Source of the DNA: Candidatus Daviesbacteria bacterium
Lineage (GTDB): Bacteria; Patescibacteriota; Microgenomatia; Daviesbacterales; UBA10151
Length of the DNA: 38,184 nucleotides
Assembly: GCA_016176335.1 (NCBI GenBank)
Contig: JACOXI010000003.1
Coordinates: forward strand, 72,920-111,103
Reading direction: 5' to 3'
Shown: one piece after another, positions 8,865 through 17,724 of the stretch
How the letters are laid out: every line of letters begins with the position of its first letter
Position numbering within the stretch: position 1 is the first letter of the stretch
Translations under genes and position numbers: made by a program
The notes under the pieces: model-generated
What the model was told of the DNA's origin: nothing
Database searches by the model: none
Seen by the model: only the letters and a program-made list of their open reading frames with translations

Positions 8865-9779
8865 TTAAGAGAGTGTCTGTTGCAACAGTTCTGGTATCTC
8901 ATCTGGGGTCTTGGCAATAATTACTCCAGCAGATTCCAAAGCATTTATCTTTGATTTATAACTGCCTTTTTCCCCATAAATTATGGCTCCTGCATGGCCT
9001 AATTTAGTGCCTTGAGGCAAAGTTTCTGCAAAAAGACCAGAAATAAAAGCCACTACGGGTTTTGTAAACTTTCCCCTTCCCGCTTTCCCCTTCCCGCTTA
9101 TATATTCTGCCGCATCCTCTTCATATGTTCCGCCAATTTCTCCAAATAAAACAACAGATTCAGTTTGTGGATCTTTTTCAAAATCTTCCATCAGATCCGT
9201 AAAAGAAGAACCCACCAGAATATCTCCACCGATACCAATGACTGTTGATTGCCCTATGCCATTTTTGGTTAGAATCCAGGAAACCTCTGATGCCATCCCC
9301 CCGCTTTTGGAAATTACTCCGACTGATCCTTTTGAAAATACCCCCCTTGGATCATCTCCTCCAATGGAGCCTATCTTTCCAATTCCCGGAGATATAATTC
9401 CAATTGATGAAGGGCCCACAATTCTGACATTATTTTGACGAGCCAGTGCTATAGCCTTGGCGCTATCTGCGATTGGAATATGCTCTGTTAAAACATTAAT
9501 TAAGGAAATTTTTGCCTTGATAGCCTCCTCCATTGCTCCATATGCTGCAAAATTGGGAACTGCTACAAAAGAAGTATTTATTCCTGGATGGTTATCCATT
9601 GCTTCTTTGATAGTGTTATAAACAGGCACACCATGTACTTCCAAACCTCCTTTGCCCGGGGTTACCCCAGCTAAAACTTTGGTCTGGTAATTTTGCATTT
9701 GCAAAGCCACTTTGGAGCCTTCTTTGCCGGTTATTCCTTGAATTAAAACTTTTGTGTCTTGTGTAATTAATATAGCCAT
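8865..9779 (-). CDS. Succinyl-CoA synthetase alpha-like / citryl-CoA synthetase small subunit
   Basis: QGITGKEG CoA-binding fold, SKSGGM, GEIGG, phospho-His loop LGHAGA. Confidence 0.9.
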   Translation of the reverse strand: MAILITQDTKVLIQGITGKEGSKVALQMQNYQTKVLAGVTPGKGGLEVHGVPVYNTIKEAMDNHPGINTSFVAVPNFAAYGAMEEAIKAKISLINVLTEHIPIADSAKAIALARQNNVRIVGPSSIGIISPGIGKIGSIGGDDPRGVFSKGSVGVISKSGGMASEVSWILTKNGIGQSTVIGIGGDILVGSSFTDLMEDFEKDPQTESVVLFGEIGGTYEEDAAEYISGKGKAGRGKFTKPVVAFISGLFAETLPQGTKLGHAGAIIYGEKGSYKSKINALESAGVIIAKTPDEIPELLQQTLS

Positions 9780-9782
9780 TTT

Positions 9783-9815
9783 TAAGCGTGAAGCGTTAAG
9801 GGTGAAGGGTAAAGT
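9783..9815. repeat. 7-mer tandem repeat arm downstream of four-helix-bundle gene 2
   Basis: aagcgtg aagcgtt aagggtg aagggta aag; inverted relative to 10214-10244. Confidence 0.8.
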
Positions 9816-9816
9816 C

Positions 9817-10212
9817 CTAACTTCCTCCGTCCCCGCCTCCTCCTACTTTATATGTATTTTTTACTCTTTTACTCATTACATACAACATCTTCATAACTTC
9901 AGTTAGTAAAGATTCAGCCTTCGCAAAATCTAGTCTATTGAATTTACTAACTGGCTTACATATAAGAATTTGTGTTTCTAATTCGGCAGCTGAACCAAGT
10001 GCGATCAAAAGAAATTGAATATACTCTTTTCTATGTCCTCTGAGATATCCTTCTGCTATATTGCTTGGTATAGCAACAGCAGCTCTTTGCATCTGACTTG
10101 CTAAACCATAAATCTCATCCTTGGGAAATTTTTCTGTAAGTAAATAAATTTCTCTTACAAGATCCATTGCTTTTTGCCATACTATTAACTCCTTATAAGA
10201 ACTGATTTTCAT
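9817..10212 (-). CDS. Four helix bundle protein (23S rRNA IVP / bAvd-like family)
   Basis: SYKELIVWQKAM, FPKDEIYGLASQMQRAAVAIPSNIAEG, ALGSAAELETQ. Confidence 0.95.
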   Translation of the reverse strand: MKISSYKELIVWQKAMDLVREIYLLTEKFPKDEIYGLASQMQRAAVAIPSNIAEGYLRGHRKEYIQFLLIALGSAAELETQILICKPVSKFNRLDFAKAESLLTEVMKMLYVMSKRVKNTYKVGGGGDGGS

Positions 10213-11387
10213 TCTTTCCCCTTTCCGCTTCCCCCTTTACCCTTGTAGGCAAGGTCTATTATAATCTTTGCTGTACTTGTCATTGGTGTTTCCCGACCAA
10301 AAATATGAAAATCAAATCCCTCTTTTTTACCAATCTCTTTCAAAGCCTCAAAAGCTTCCTTATCTCTTGGCCCCCCTCTTCTTATCACAATTGGATAGAC
10401 AGGCTTAGGTTTTAATTCTCTTAACCCTTCCACAAATCCCATTAAAGTCTCATAAATATCAGTAAAATTGGCTGTTCCCCCCACAAACCAACAACCTTTA
10501 AGACCAGGCTTAGATAGTACTATCTGGGTTAACTTTTTCAGTTTTTCTCTGGGAGGATTGCCTGAATGTTCAGTATAATTGGCAGGTTTACCTCCTAAAG
10601 CCACTAAAGCATCCATATTGACAATAGATCCTCCACCTCCTGCCGCAATCACGGCAATATCTCCCTCCAAGTCCCAATAAACTGAACCGGCTGTACCTCT
10701 ATGATCTCCTTCATCAATCTTCCTGGCTTCAATTTCAGCTTGGGTTGGAGGTCTGCCAAACAAATTTCTTTCAGGAAATTTAATCTCCCGCCTAAAATCT
10801 GCATCATCATCCAAAATCACCTTGGCATCTAAAGCATAAACCCTGAGCGAAGTCGAAGGGTTACCTTTTACCACAACCAATGGATTAATCTCCGCCAGCT
10901 CACAATCATATTTAGTAAATACTTCCCACAGCTTTTTAGCTGTATCCATCAGCTCTTCAGGCACATTTTCACCAGAATATCCTTGTAAAATATCAACAGG
11001 ATAGGTTTTTGCTCCTTTCTCTTCTGCTCCTGTTCCACCTTCTCCAAAAGTTAAAACAGGCCCTCTAGTTTCTGTGGAATATGAAAAAGATAGATAATAT
11101 TCTTTCTCTATCTCCACCATCTCCTCCACCAAAACTTTCTCCACCTTTTCCCCATTGATTGTCTTCCCGAAAAGCTGTCTTAAACTGTCCCCTGTAACCT
11201 GTCCCCTGTCCACTTTTACAATCCCGCCACTATCTGCCCTTTTTCCGGATAATGTCTGCGCTTTCAAAACAAGTGGAGATTTAATACTGATTATCCGATC
11301 ATCTGACCCACTGATTAACTGGCTTTGTGGAACATTTATCCCACAATTTTTAAAAAGCTTTTTCCCTTCAAATTCATACAGAAGCAT
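10209..11387 (-). CDS. ATP-grasp subunit, ATP-citrate lyase beta / citryl-CoA synthetase large subunit (SucC-like)
   Basis: LYEFEGK, EINPL, ALDAK, AGGGGS and GGTANFTD, the last resembling the ACL citrate-binding GGIANFT motif. Confidence 0.88.
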   Translation of the reverse strand: MLLYEFEGKKLFKNCGINVPQSQLISGSDDRIISIKSPLVLKAQTLSGKRADSGGIVKVDRGQVTGDSLRQLFGKTINGEKVEKVLVEEMVEIEKEYYLSFSYSTETRGPVLTFGEGGTGAEEKGAKTYPVDILQGYSGENVPEELMDTAKKLWEVFTKYDCELAEINPLVVVKGNPSTSLRVYALDAKVILDDDADFRREIKFPERNLFGRPPTQAEIEARKIDEGDHRGTAGSVYWDLEGDIAVIAAGGGGSIVNMDALVALGGKPANYTEHSGNPPREKLKKLTQIVLSKPGLKGCWFVGGTANFTDIYETLMGFVEGLRELKPKPVYPIVIRRGGPRDKEAFEALKEIGKKEGFDFHIFGRETPMTSTAKIIIDLAYKGKGGSGKGKE

Positions 11388-11394
11388 GAGCTAG

Positions 11395-11423
11395 ATTGTA
11401 CTGGACTTGACTTACCTTTTCAA
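11395..11423 (-). promoter_or_regulatory. Sigma70-like promoter giving a leaderless transcript of the ACL-like operon
   Basis: TTGAAA, 17 nt, TACAAT, ending 7 nt before ATG 11387. Confidence 0.6.
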
Positions 11424-11524
11424 CTCATGATATGGTAATTTTTCCCTCTTTTATGTTTGAAAAAACACCATCATCCTCACCTTCAGTATTGCCTATAGGT
11501 AATTATTTGAAAGGAGGTGATTTT

Positions 11525-11701
11525 ATGGAACGGTTTACACCTATACCGCTGACAGCTGACGAAATGGCGATTAGCGACATGATGTGGGAAGGAGGTCCCC
11601 CTCCGCCATTCGAACCCAAAGTTAAGAATTCACAATTTCCAGAGAGGAATGGTCGAATTCGGCCGGGTGTACAGGAGGTGCTAGCTCAGGCAGCAGGTTA
11701 A
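11525..11701 (+). CDS. Small orphan protein (58 aa, MERFTPIP...)
   Basis: Perfect SD AAAGGAGGTGA upstream of ATG 11525; terminator hairpin directly downstream. Confidence 0.6.
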   Translation: MERFTPIPLTADEMAISDMMWEGGPPPPFEPKVKNSQFPERNGRIRPGVQEVLAQAAG

Positions 11702-11704
11702 TTA

Positions 11705-11783
11705 GGCCAATCTTAGTAGATTGGCTTTTTACTGCCCAGTAGAGTATGTTAATCCGCCTAGGGACAATCTTTAGGCGGATTAA
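11705..11783. terminator. Two hairpins between convergent genes
   Basis: gccaatct-tagt-agattggc followed by TTTTT (11705-11730), and ttaatccgccta...taggcggattaa (11749-11783). Confidence 0.7.
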
Positions 11784-13106
11784 TTATTTTAATTTATCTC
11801 GAAATTGATCATAGCTTGTAAGAGCAGGCGAATGTTCAGTTACTTCTAAGTTTTGTTTAACTAAGACCTTTTTATTATCAGGAACATCACCATATAGAGT
11901 CACCCCAGGCCCCACCAAGGAGCTGGGACCAACCTTGACTCCAGGCATGGTGGCTGCATTAACTCCTACTCTTGAACCTTTTCCAGCAATTAAACCAAGT
12001 TTGTGTCTTCCTGAATCAATCATCTCTTCACCAATTTTTACTCTGATAGTATGGTCATCCAACCTTAAATTGGCCAACACTGCCCCAGACCCCATGCCAA
12101 AATCTCCTTCAATAATTGAATCTCCCACATAATTGGTATGAAACCAGGAATTAGCCCCAATATAGCTTCTGGTAATATCCGAGTTAAAGCCGCTCACGCA
12201 ACCCTCTTCCAAATCAGATTCCCTGACCATGGTGTTATTTCCCACAATACAGTTTTTACCTATAAAACAAGGGCCCTTGATCACAGCTCCTTCAAACACT
12301 CTGGCCCCCTCCTCAACCACCACCTTGCCTTCAATAATAGCTTTATCAGATACTTTTGCTTTAGGGGAAATTTTGTGTTCAATTTTGGACAATAGGTACT
12401 CCATGATATCCAAAACATGCCATGGATACTTTAAAGGAATCCACACTCCGTCATATTCTGAAAACCTGACATCCATCCCATCCGCAATCATCTTATCCAA
12501 GGCCACTTCATATTGATCATCTTTATCAGATTGGGCTGACTCCAAGTATCCCAGCAGTTTTTTGCCATCTTTAAAGTAATCAACCACCAGCTTGACCAAA
12601 CTAGACGGCTCATTCCCCTCCCCCGGCTTCTCCACTATCCCCTGTACCCTGCCTGTCCCGCGAAGCCTTGGCGAAGTGGGATCCCCTGTAACCTTTAAAT
12701 ACCCCCCGGGAAAGTATTTGTCTACCTTCAAACCAGTAATCACCAAATCTGCCTTCACTGCTAAAACTGCCTCATATACATCTGCATCCAGTTGGTCTTC
12801 CGCATTTAAAATTAACACTTCTCCCTCTATTAGATCTTTGGCTGAGAGAATTGCATCAGCCATGCCTTTGGGTTGACCTTGGATGGCGATGGTGTAGGAA
12901 AGTTGCAACTGCCTGGTAATTTCCTCTATTGCATCTTTGCTTTTTGGGTTTGCCACAATGATAAACTGGGCATCTTTTATATTTTCCTTAATTTTTTTCA
13001 AATTATGATACAAAAGAGGTTTTCCCAAAAAGGGGATTAAACACTTATCTGTTTGAATCGGCCACATTCTTTTGCCTTCCCCACCAGCTAAAATTATTAC
13101 TTTCAT
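11784..13106 (-). CDS. Bifunctional sugar-1-phosphate nucleotidylyltransferase / acetyltransferase (GlmU-like)
   Basis: ILAGGEGKRM..K, IVEKP, C-terminal hexapeptide left-handed beta-helix repeats. Confidence 0.9.
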   Translation of the reverse strand: MKVIILAGGEGKRMWPIQTDKCLIPFLGKPLLYHNLKKIKENIKDAQFIIVANPKSKDAIEEITRQLQLSYTIAIQGQPKGMADAILSAKDLIEGEVLILNAEDQLDADVYEAVLAVKADLVITGLKVDKYFPGGYLKVTGDPTSPRLRGTGRVQGIVEKPGEGNEPSSLVKLVVDYFKDGKKLLGYLESAQSDKDDQYEVALDKMIADGMDVRFSEYDGVWIPLKYPWHVLDIMEYLLSKIEHKISPKAKVSDKAIIEGKVVVEEGARVFEGAVIKGPCFIGKNCIVGNNTMVRESDLEEGCVSGFNSDITRSYIGANSWFHTNYVGDSIIEGDFGMGSGAVLANLRLDDHTIRVKIGEEMIDSGRHKLGLIAGKGSRVGVNAATMPGVKVGPSSLVGPGVTLYGDVPDNKKVLVKQNLEVTEHSPALTSYDQFRDKLK

Positions 13107-13130
13107 AATTTAACTATACCCTAAATTAAG

Positions 13131-13202
13131 TAGCAGCGACTGGAATCGAACCAGTAACCTATCGCTTATGAAACGATCGCTCCGCCATTGAGCTACGCTG
13201 CC
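13131..13202 (-). tRNA. tRNA-Met(CAT), elongator
   Basis: GGCAGCG...ATCGT-TT-CAT-AA-GCGAT...GGTTCGATTCC...CGCTGCT-A cloverleaf. Confidence 0.88.
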
Positions 13203-13250
13203 ACGTTCGATTTACATGAACGTGGCTAAATTGTACCAAAAAGAATGAGA

Positions 13251-14618
13251 TTAAACAAAAAGCGAGATTATAGTGGCAACTCCTGCCAAAGCCATAGCAG
13301 TAGTTACCAACCATCCCAATGCTGTGGTTACAGGATGATTAACCCTTTCTCCCATCACCTTTCTACTACTGCTTAAAAGTATGATAAGAACCAAAATAAC
13401 AGGGGCAATCAAACCATTGGCAATAGCCGTATAAATTAGCACTTTAATAGTATCCAGATTCAAAAAATTAATTGACAAACCAATTAAAGTGGAGATAATA
13501 ATCACTCCGTAAAATGCATTTGCTTCTTTCAGCTTTCTGTAAAGGCCAAACTTCCACCCCATACTTTCGGAAATTGCATACGAAGCAGAACCTGCCAGTA
13601 CAGGTATTGCCAAAAGGCCTGTCCCGATAATCCCTAAGGCAAAAAGCAAATATGTAGAATTACCTGCAATCGGCCTTAAAGCCTCGGCAGCCTGCTCTGC
13701 GGAAGTTATATTGGTGATCCCGTTTGCAAAAAGCACTGCTCCGCATGCTGCAATTATAAAAAACATCACCAGGTTTGATAAAAACATGCCCGACCACACA
13801 TCCAGCCTCATATCTTTTATCTCCTTATTGGTTGTTTCCGCCTGTCTAAGTTTTAAAGTAGTTCTTCCTTCCAAAATCTGCTCTTCAATTTCCTGGGAAG
13901 TCTGCCAGAAAAAAAGATAAGGGGATATGGTGGTGCCTAAAATTGCCGTGACTATAAAAATTTGGTCCCTGCTGAATTCAAACGATGGTTTGATTGCATT
14001 TATGACAACCTGCTGCCAGTCTAAATTTGCAGCTATTGCGGAAAAAACATACGCCAAAAGCACCAGAGCCAGCCACTTTAGATACTTTGCATATTTGTCA
14101 TAAGTTGTAAAAATCTGCAGAGCCAGGGAAAAGACTGCAAAGGCCATAATCAGAAAATTAAAGCCTAAATGCGGGTATATTAGCTGAACGGCTCTTGCCA
14201 TTGCCCCCAGATCTGCTCCTATATTTAGTGAATTTGCCCCGAAAAGCAATGCTGTGCATATATACAGAACCCATTTGGGGTAATATACCCTGATATTGCC
14301 GGCCAGCCCTCTGCCGGTTACCAAACCTATGCGCGCGCACATTTCCTGCACAATTGCCATTAAGGGAAAACTGAAAACAGCAGTCCACAAAAGTCCAAAA
14401 CCGAATTTCGAACCGGCCTGCGAGTAAGTTGCAATGCCTGATGGATCATCGTCCGCCGCCCCTGTTGTTAACCCCGGGCCCAAAGCCTTCCAATAATCCC
14501 TGGCTTTTTGGATATCTTTTTGGCGCCTGACAAGCCTGACAAATTGTTTTGAGTTATCAACAGTTTTCCCTAGGACAACAGCAGGAGCTTCTACTACTTT
14601 TCTAAAAAACTTTTTCAT
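13251..14618 (-). CDS. NRAMP-family divalent metal transporter
   Basis: LGPGLTTGAADDDPSGIATYSQAG, QEMCARIGLVTGRGL, GTTISPY; about 11 TM segments. Confidence 0.9.
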   Translation of the reverse strand: MKKFFRKVVEAPAVVLGKTVDNSKQFVRLVRRQKDIQKARDYWKALGPGLTTGAADDDPSGIATYSQAGSKFGFGLLWTAVFSFPLMAIVQEMCARIGLVTGRGLAGNIRVYYPKWVLYICTALLFGANSLNIGADLGAMARAVQLIYPHLGFNFLIMAFAVFSLALQIFTTYDKYAKYLKWLALVLLAYVFSAIAANLDWQQVVINAIKPSFEFSRDQIFIVTAILGTTISPYLFFWQTSQEIEEQILEGRTTLKLRQAETTNKEIKDMRLDVWSGMFLSNLVMFFIIAACGAVLFANGITNITSAEQAAEALRPIAGNSTYLLFALGIIGTGLLAIPVLAGSASYAISESMGWKFGLYRKLKEANAFYGVIIISTLIGLSINFLNLDTIKVLIYTAIANGLIAPVILVLIILLSSSRKVMGERVNHPVTTALGWLVTTAMALAGVATIISLFV

Positions 14619-14681
14619 ATTTTTTCATATCAAGTATAACCTTAAGAGTAGATCAATAAAGTCTTGCGCGTCAAGAAGAAA

Positions 14682-15272
14682 TTAGGGAGCGATTCTGTTG
14701 AGGATTTTGCCAAGTACAGATTGTTCTGTTTTTACCACTTGGCCGTTTTCAGCGGAAACAAAGGCCTTGACCTTACTCTTTAGCGGGATCAACCCCAAAA
14801 GTTTATGAACTCTTACTCCATCTATCTCATAAACAAGCACACCATCCTTTTGGGTCAGTGTCACCAGCTTATCAGTACTGGCAAGTTCACCTTTGGCTGG
14901 AACTGATGTGACATAACTCATCACTTTTGATGCCAGCATATTTTGGATGGCAGCATCAGGTAAAACTGTGACCACTTTCTCGCCTTTTGGTGTAGTGACA
15001 GTAAGATTGCCTGTTTTTGGATCTACCTTCAAAGGAAAAGCAGATATTGCCCCATCTTTATTGCTGATAAACCCGGGTTTGCCACCCTCGGTGGCAATCT
15101 TGGGATTGCCTTTGGCAGTTTGCGCACCCAAAACATTATCTTGACCATCCAAATAAACTCTGGTGACCGGGATATTGGCAGAAATCAACACTCCTGCCAA
15201 AATTACTACTACAACAAGCGGTAAAAGACGGGACATTAACCTGATCATATGTGGAAAAATCAATATTGTCAA
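14682..15272 (-). CDS. Secreted/membrane-anchored hypothetical protein with PepSY-like C-terminus
   Basis: N-terminal hydrophobic helix; C-terminal LVYEI...VSAENGQVV. Confidence 0.65.
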   Translation of the reverse strand: MTILIFPHMIRLMSRLLPLVVVVILAGVLISANIPVTRVYLDGQDNVLGAQTAKGNPKIATEGGKPGFISNKDGAISAFPLKVDPKTGNLTVTTPKGEKVVTVLPDAAIQNMLASKVMSYVTSVPAKGELASTDKLVTLTQKDGVLVYEIDGVRVHKLLGLIPLKSKVKAFVSAENGQVVKTEQSVLGKILNRIAP

Positions 15273-15308
15273 CTGGTCGGATTAGAGACTATATATCTAA
15301 AAGAAGTG

Positions 15309-16562
15309 TCAGGCTGCTTTAGAGCGATATACATTAGGAGATTGTTTCAAATGCTCTGCTAAAGCACTAATAATTGGATGCGCTTTTAAGTAGTCAATAT
15401 TAGTAAAATTCGCTATCAGTTCCTGAATATGTCTGTCAAAGGCTCGAGAATATGCAGATGAGGCTTGCTCAAAAGGCATACCCCTTTTAGCAAGAGCGTA
15501 CATTAGATCTGTATAAGATTTTACTCTGCTTAACCTATCTGGAGCTATACCTAACTCTCTGCCAATATCCAATAAAATATAATAGGCTCCATTATTTATA
15601 ATTCTCATTCTGTGAACTACATTTTCGCTGGCCCTTAATCCATCGTGGCTAATATATCTTAGAGTATGAGCTAAATCTGGTCTTCTTCTCCAAAGGATAT
15701 ACATGGAGTCCTCTGAAGTTCTGCCATTCGCTTCATAGAATGGATGGATTAAGACGATAACATATTGAAAGGCTGATCCGTAGTAATAAATATTCTCTTC
15801 ATCAACCTGAGGATTAACACCTTGTTGAGGAAACATTCTTTCAGCCTGAGTTGCAATCTTCTGCATAAATTCAGGAGTCCTTTGGTAGCTAGCACACTGA
15901 ACCAATCCACCGTTAAGGTGAATATTTAAGGCTAGTCTTTGAGGGGAACGCATTACTCCTGCCAGCCTGTCTGTAGTACATAACACTCCTTCAAGGGCCC
16001 TGTTGGCTTGATCAGAATATAGGAGATAATGTTCATTACCTCTCATATGAGCACGATGAATAAGTCTGACTTGAGTTAATATGTCTACCCCATGTCTACG
16101 GTAGCGATCTAGCAGCCGATCCCTGATAGAGTCAGTACTAACTTGCCGTCTCCTGTCTGCTTCTCTCCACCTTTCTATCAGGTCAGCAGGAGCCGCAGCC
16201 CATACTAATCTGTCTCTCAAGGGAAGTGAATCTACTGGTTTGACCGGAGTGACAACTGGTACACCTTTAACTTGAGGATTTGGAGTTAGTATATCCCATT
16301 TAGGTAATCCTCCAAAGAGTTCAATAAGATTTAAGTTTAAGCCTCTGTAATTTCTTAGTGGAATGATGTTTATCTCGGGAACGATCTTAAGGTTATTTTT
16401 ATCAAACCAAATTTCCCCAAAATTCCTTTTTATTATTATTGGGATTGGGAAAGGAATGATATTCTCCTTGGGCTCGAGATTGATCTTGAGTGCATTTTGA
16501 CCCAACCAAATTTCCTCAAGATTCGGTTCTATTATCAAGTTTCTAGGTGATTCTATTTCCAT
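15309..16562 (-). CDS. Fic/DOC-domain protein
   Basis: IHPFYEANGRTSE matches HPFx(D/E)xNGR. Confidence 0.82.
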   Translation of the reverse strand: MEIESPRNLIIEPNLEEIWLGQNALKINLEPKENIIPFPIPIIIKRNFGEIWFDKNNLKIVPEINIIPLRNYRGLNLNLIELFGGLPKWDILTPNPQVKGVPVVTPVKPVDSLPLRDRLVWAAAPADLIERWREADRRRQVSTDSIRDRLLDRYRRHGVDILTQVRLIHRAHMRGNEHYLLYSDQANRALEGVLCTTDRLAGVMRSPQRLALNIHLNGGLVQCASYQRTPEFMQKIATQAERMFPQQGVNPQVDEENIYYYGSAFQYVIVLIHPFYEANGRTSEDSMYILWRRRPDLAHTLRYISHDGLRASENVVHRMRIINNGAYYILLDIGRELGIAPDRLSRVKSYTDLMYALAKRGMPFEQASSAYSRAFDRHIQELIANFTNIDYLKAHPIISALAEHLKQSPNVYRSKAA

Positions 16563-16623
16563 GTGTCCTATAGTTTAGCATAAAGGTGAATACTAGTCAA
16601 GTCACTTGGTAAATAATTGTTAA

Positions 16624-16875
16624 TCAAATAGCAACATTAAGTTTCAGAATTTTTATTTTCTTTTCTCTACTCCATTTTTTGATTTCATATTCTCTTTTTA
16701 GAGCTTGACCTTTAGTTGCTAATTTTTCTTTATAAATTAACTTGCTTGGTTTGTGAGATCTGGTGTAATGTCCGCCTGTTCCATTTTTATGGTCTTCAAA
16801 GCGTTGCCTTAGGTCATTTGAATAACCAGTATACAAACTACCATCAACACATTGAAGAATATATACATACCACAT
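16624..16875 (-). CDS. Small GIY-YIG nuclease (UPF0213-like)
   Basis: WYVYIL..DGSLYTGYSNDLRQRF..H, ALKREYEIK. Confidence 0.92.
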   Translation of the reverse strand: MWYVYILQCVDGSLYTGYSNDLRQRFEDHKNGTGGHYTRSHKPSKLIYKEKLATKGQALKREYEIKKWSREKKIKILKLNVAI

Positions 16876-16966
16876 AAATTTATTCTATCAACTCTTGAAC
16901 AACACCATACGCAAGCTTGTAGAATACTTAAGAATAAGATAAAATACACACTGTTCTTTTAAATAT

Positions 16967-17274
16967 CGCGGGGAAGTGTAACGGCTGCACACAAGGCTCA
17001 ATTTGGGCTCCACGATGGGTAACTATCGAGGATAACCTGGCTCATAACGGTGAAATCCAAAATGATAATACCGTGGGAAGGATGCCCCGTACTGTCCAGT
17101 ACAGGACATCCCCCGTAACGACTGACATTTCAGGTACCAGATATTCTGGATTCTAAACTGAAATTATACGCTAGGCCCCTGTACCATATGGTACAGGGTG
17201 ATGGTATAGTCTAAACTTTCGGAAACGGAAGAAGCATAATCTTGAGGCAGTGGGTTCGATTCCCACCCCCGCAA
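16967..17274 (+). tRNA. tRNA-fMet(CAT) interrupted by a group I intron (exons 16967-16998 and 17235-17274)
   Basis: Spliced product CGCGGGG...CAAGG-CT/CAT-AA-TCTTG...GGTTCGATTCC...CCCCGCA-A; the C1:A72 mismatch is typical of an initiator tRNA. Confidence 0.88.
16999..17234 (+). ncRNA. Group I self-splicing intron, 236 nt, at tRNA position 33/34
   Basis: Exon ends in U; P1 GGCU/GGCU with U-G pair; P7 halves AACGACTG and TAGTCT; terminal omega-G; no ORF. Confidence 0.85.
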
Positions 17275-17283
17275 CACAAAAAA

Positions 17284-17634
17284 TTAGGGGAAAAACAACT
17301 TCCACCAACCTAACCAGTTGGGAAGCCTGATAGCTGCTGATTCCGAAGCTCCCAGGATTTGTTTTATTTTCTCATCCGGAATAATCACAATGGTCTCTCC
17401 TGCTTTGCCAAGACCCAGCTTATTGCGCACTTCCTCTTCTATAAATTGGGGTGACTGAATATCCCCCAGTTTATTTTTAAGTGCTTTATTTTTGATCTCT
17501 AATTTGTAAACTGCATCTACTGCCTCGGACAAACGTTCTCCTGATTTAGTAGCCTGAATAATTTGATAAATCAGATTATATCCTGCTACAAGGCTGATTA
17601 GAATAATTGCAACCACAACAAACTTGTTAACCAT
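17284..17634 (-). CDS. ftsB: Septum formation initiator (FtsB/DivIC family)
   Basis: TM helix, coiled coil, FIEEEVRNKLGLGKAGETIVII. Confidence 0.8.
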   Translation of the reverse strand: MVNKFVVVAIILISLVAGYNLIYQIIQATKSGERLSEAVDAVYKLEIKNKALKNKLGDIQSPQFIEEEVRNKLGLGKAGETIVIIPDEKIKQILGASESAAIRLPNWLGWWKLFFP

Positions 17635-17639
17635 AGTGC

Positions 17640-17689
17640 TTGATCTTTCGACAGGCTCAAGATCAATACTGAGCGAAGTCGAAGTATTG
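17640..17689. repeat. Pair of REP-like palindromes
   Basis: ttgatct-ttcgacaggctc-aagatcaa overlapping caatact-gagcgaagtcga-agtattg. Confidence 0.8.
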
Positions 17690-17724
17690 ACAAAGTTATC
17701 CTATAGGTTTAAAATATCAGTCAA

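Noticed and set aside
16624-16875. GIY-YIG gene as the homing endonuclease of the adjacent fMet intron
   Set aside because: It is only 83 aa, with no DNA-binding extension, and lies outside the intron. It fits the common stand-alone UPF0213-like type, so adjacency alone is insufficient.
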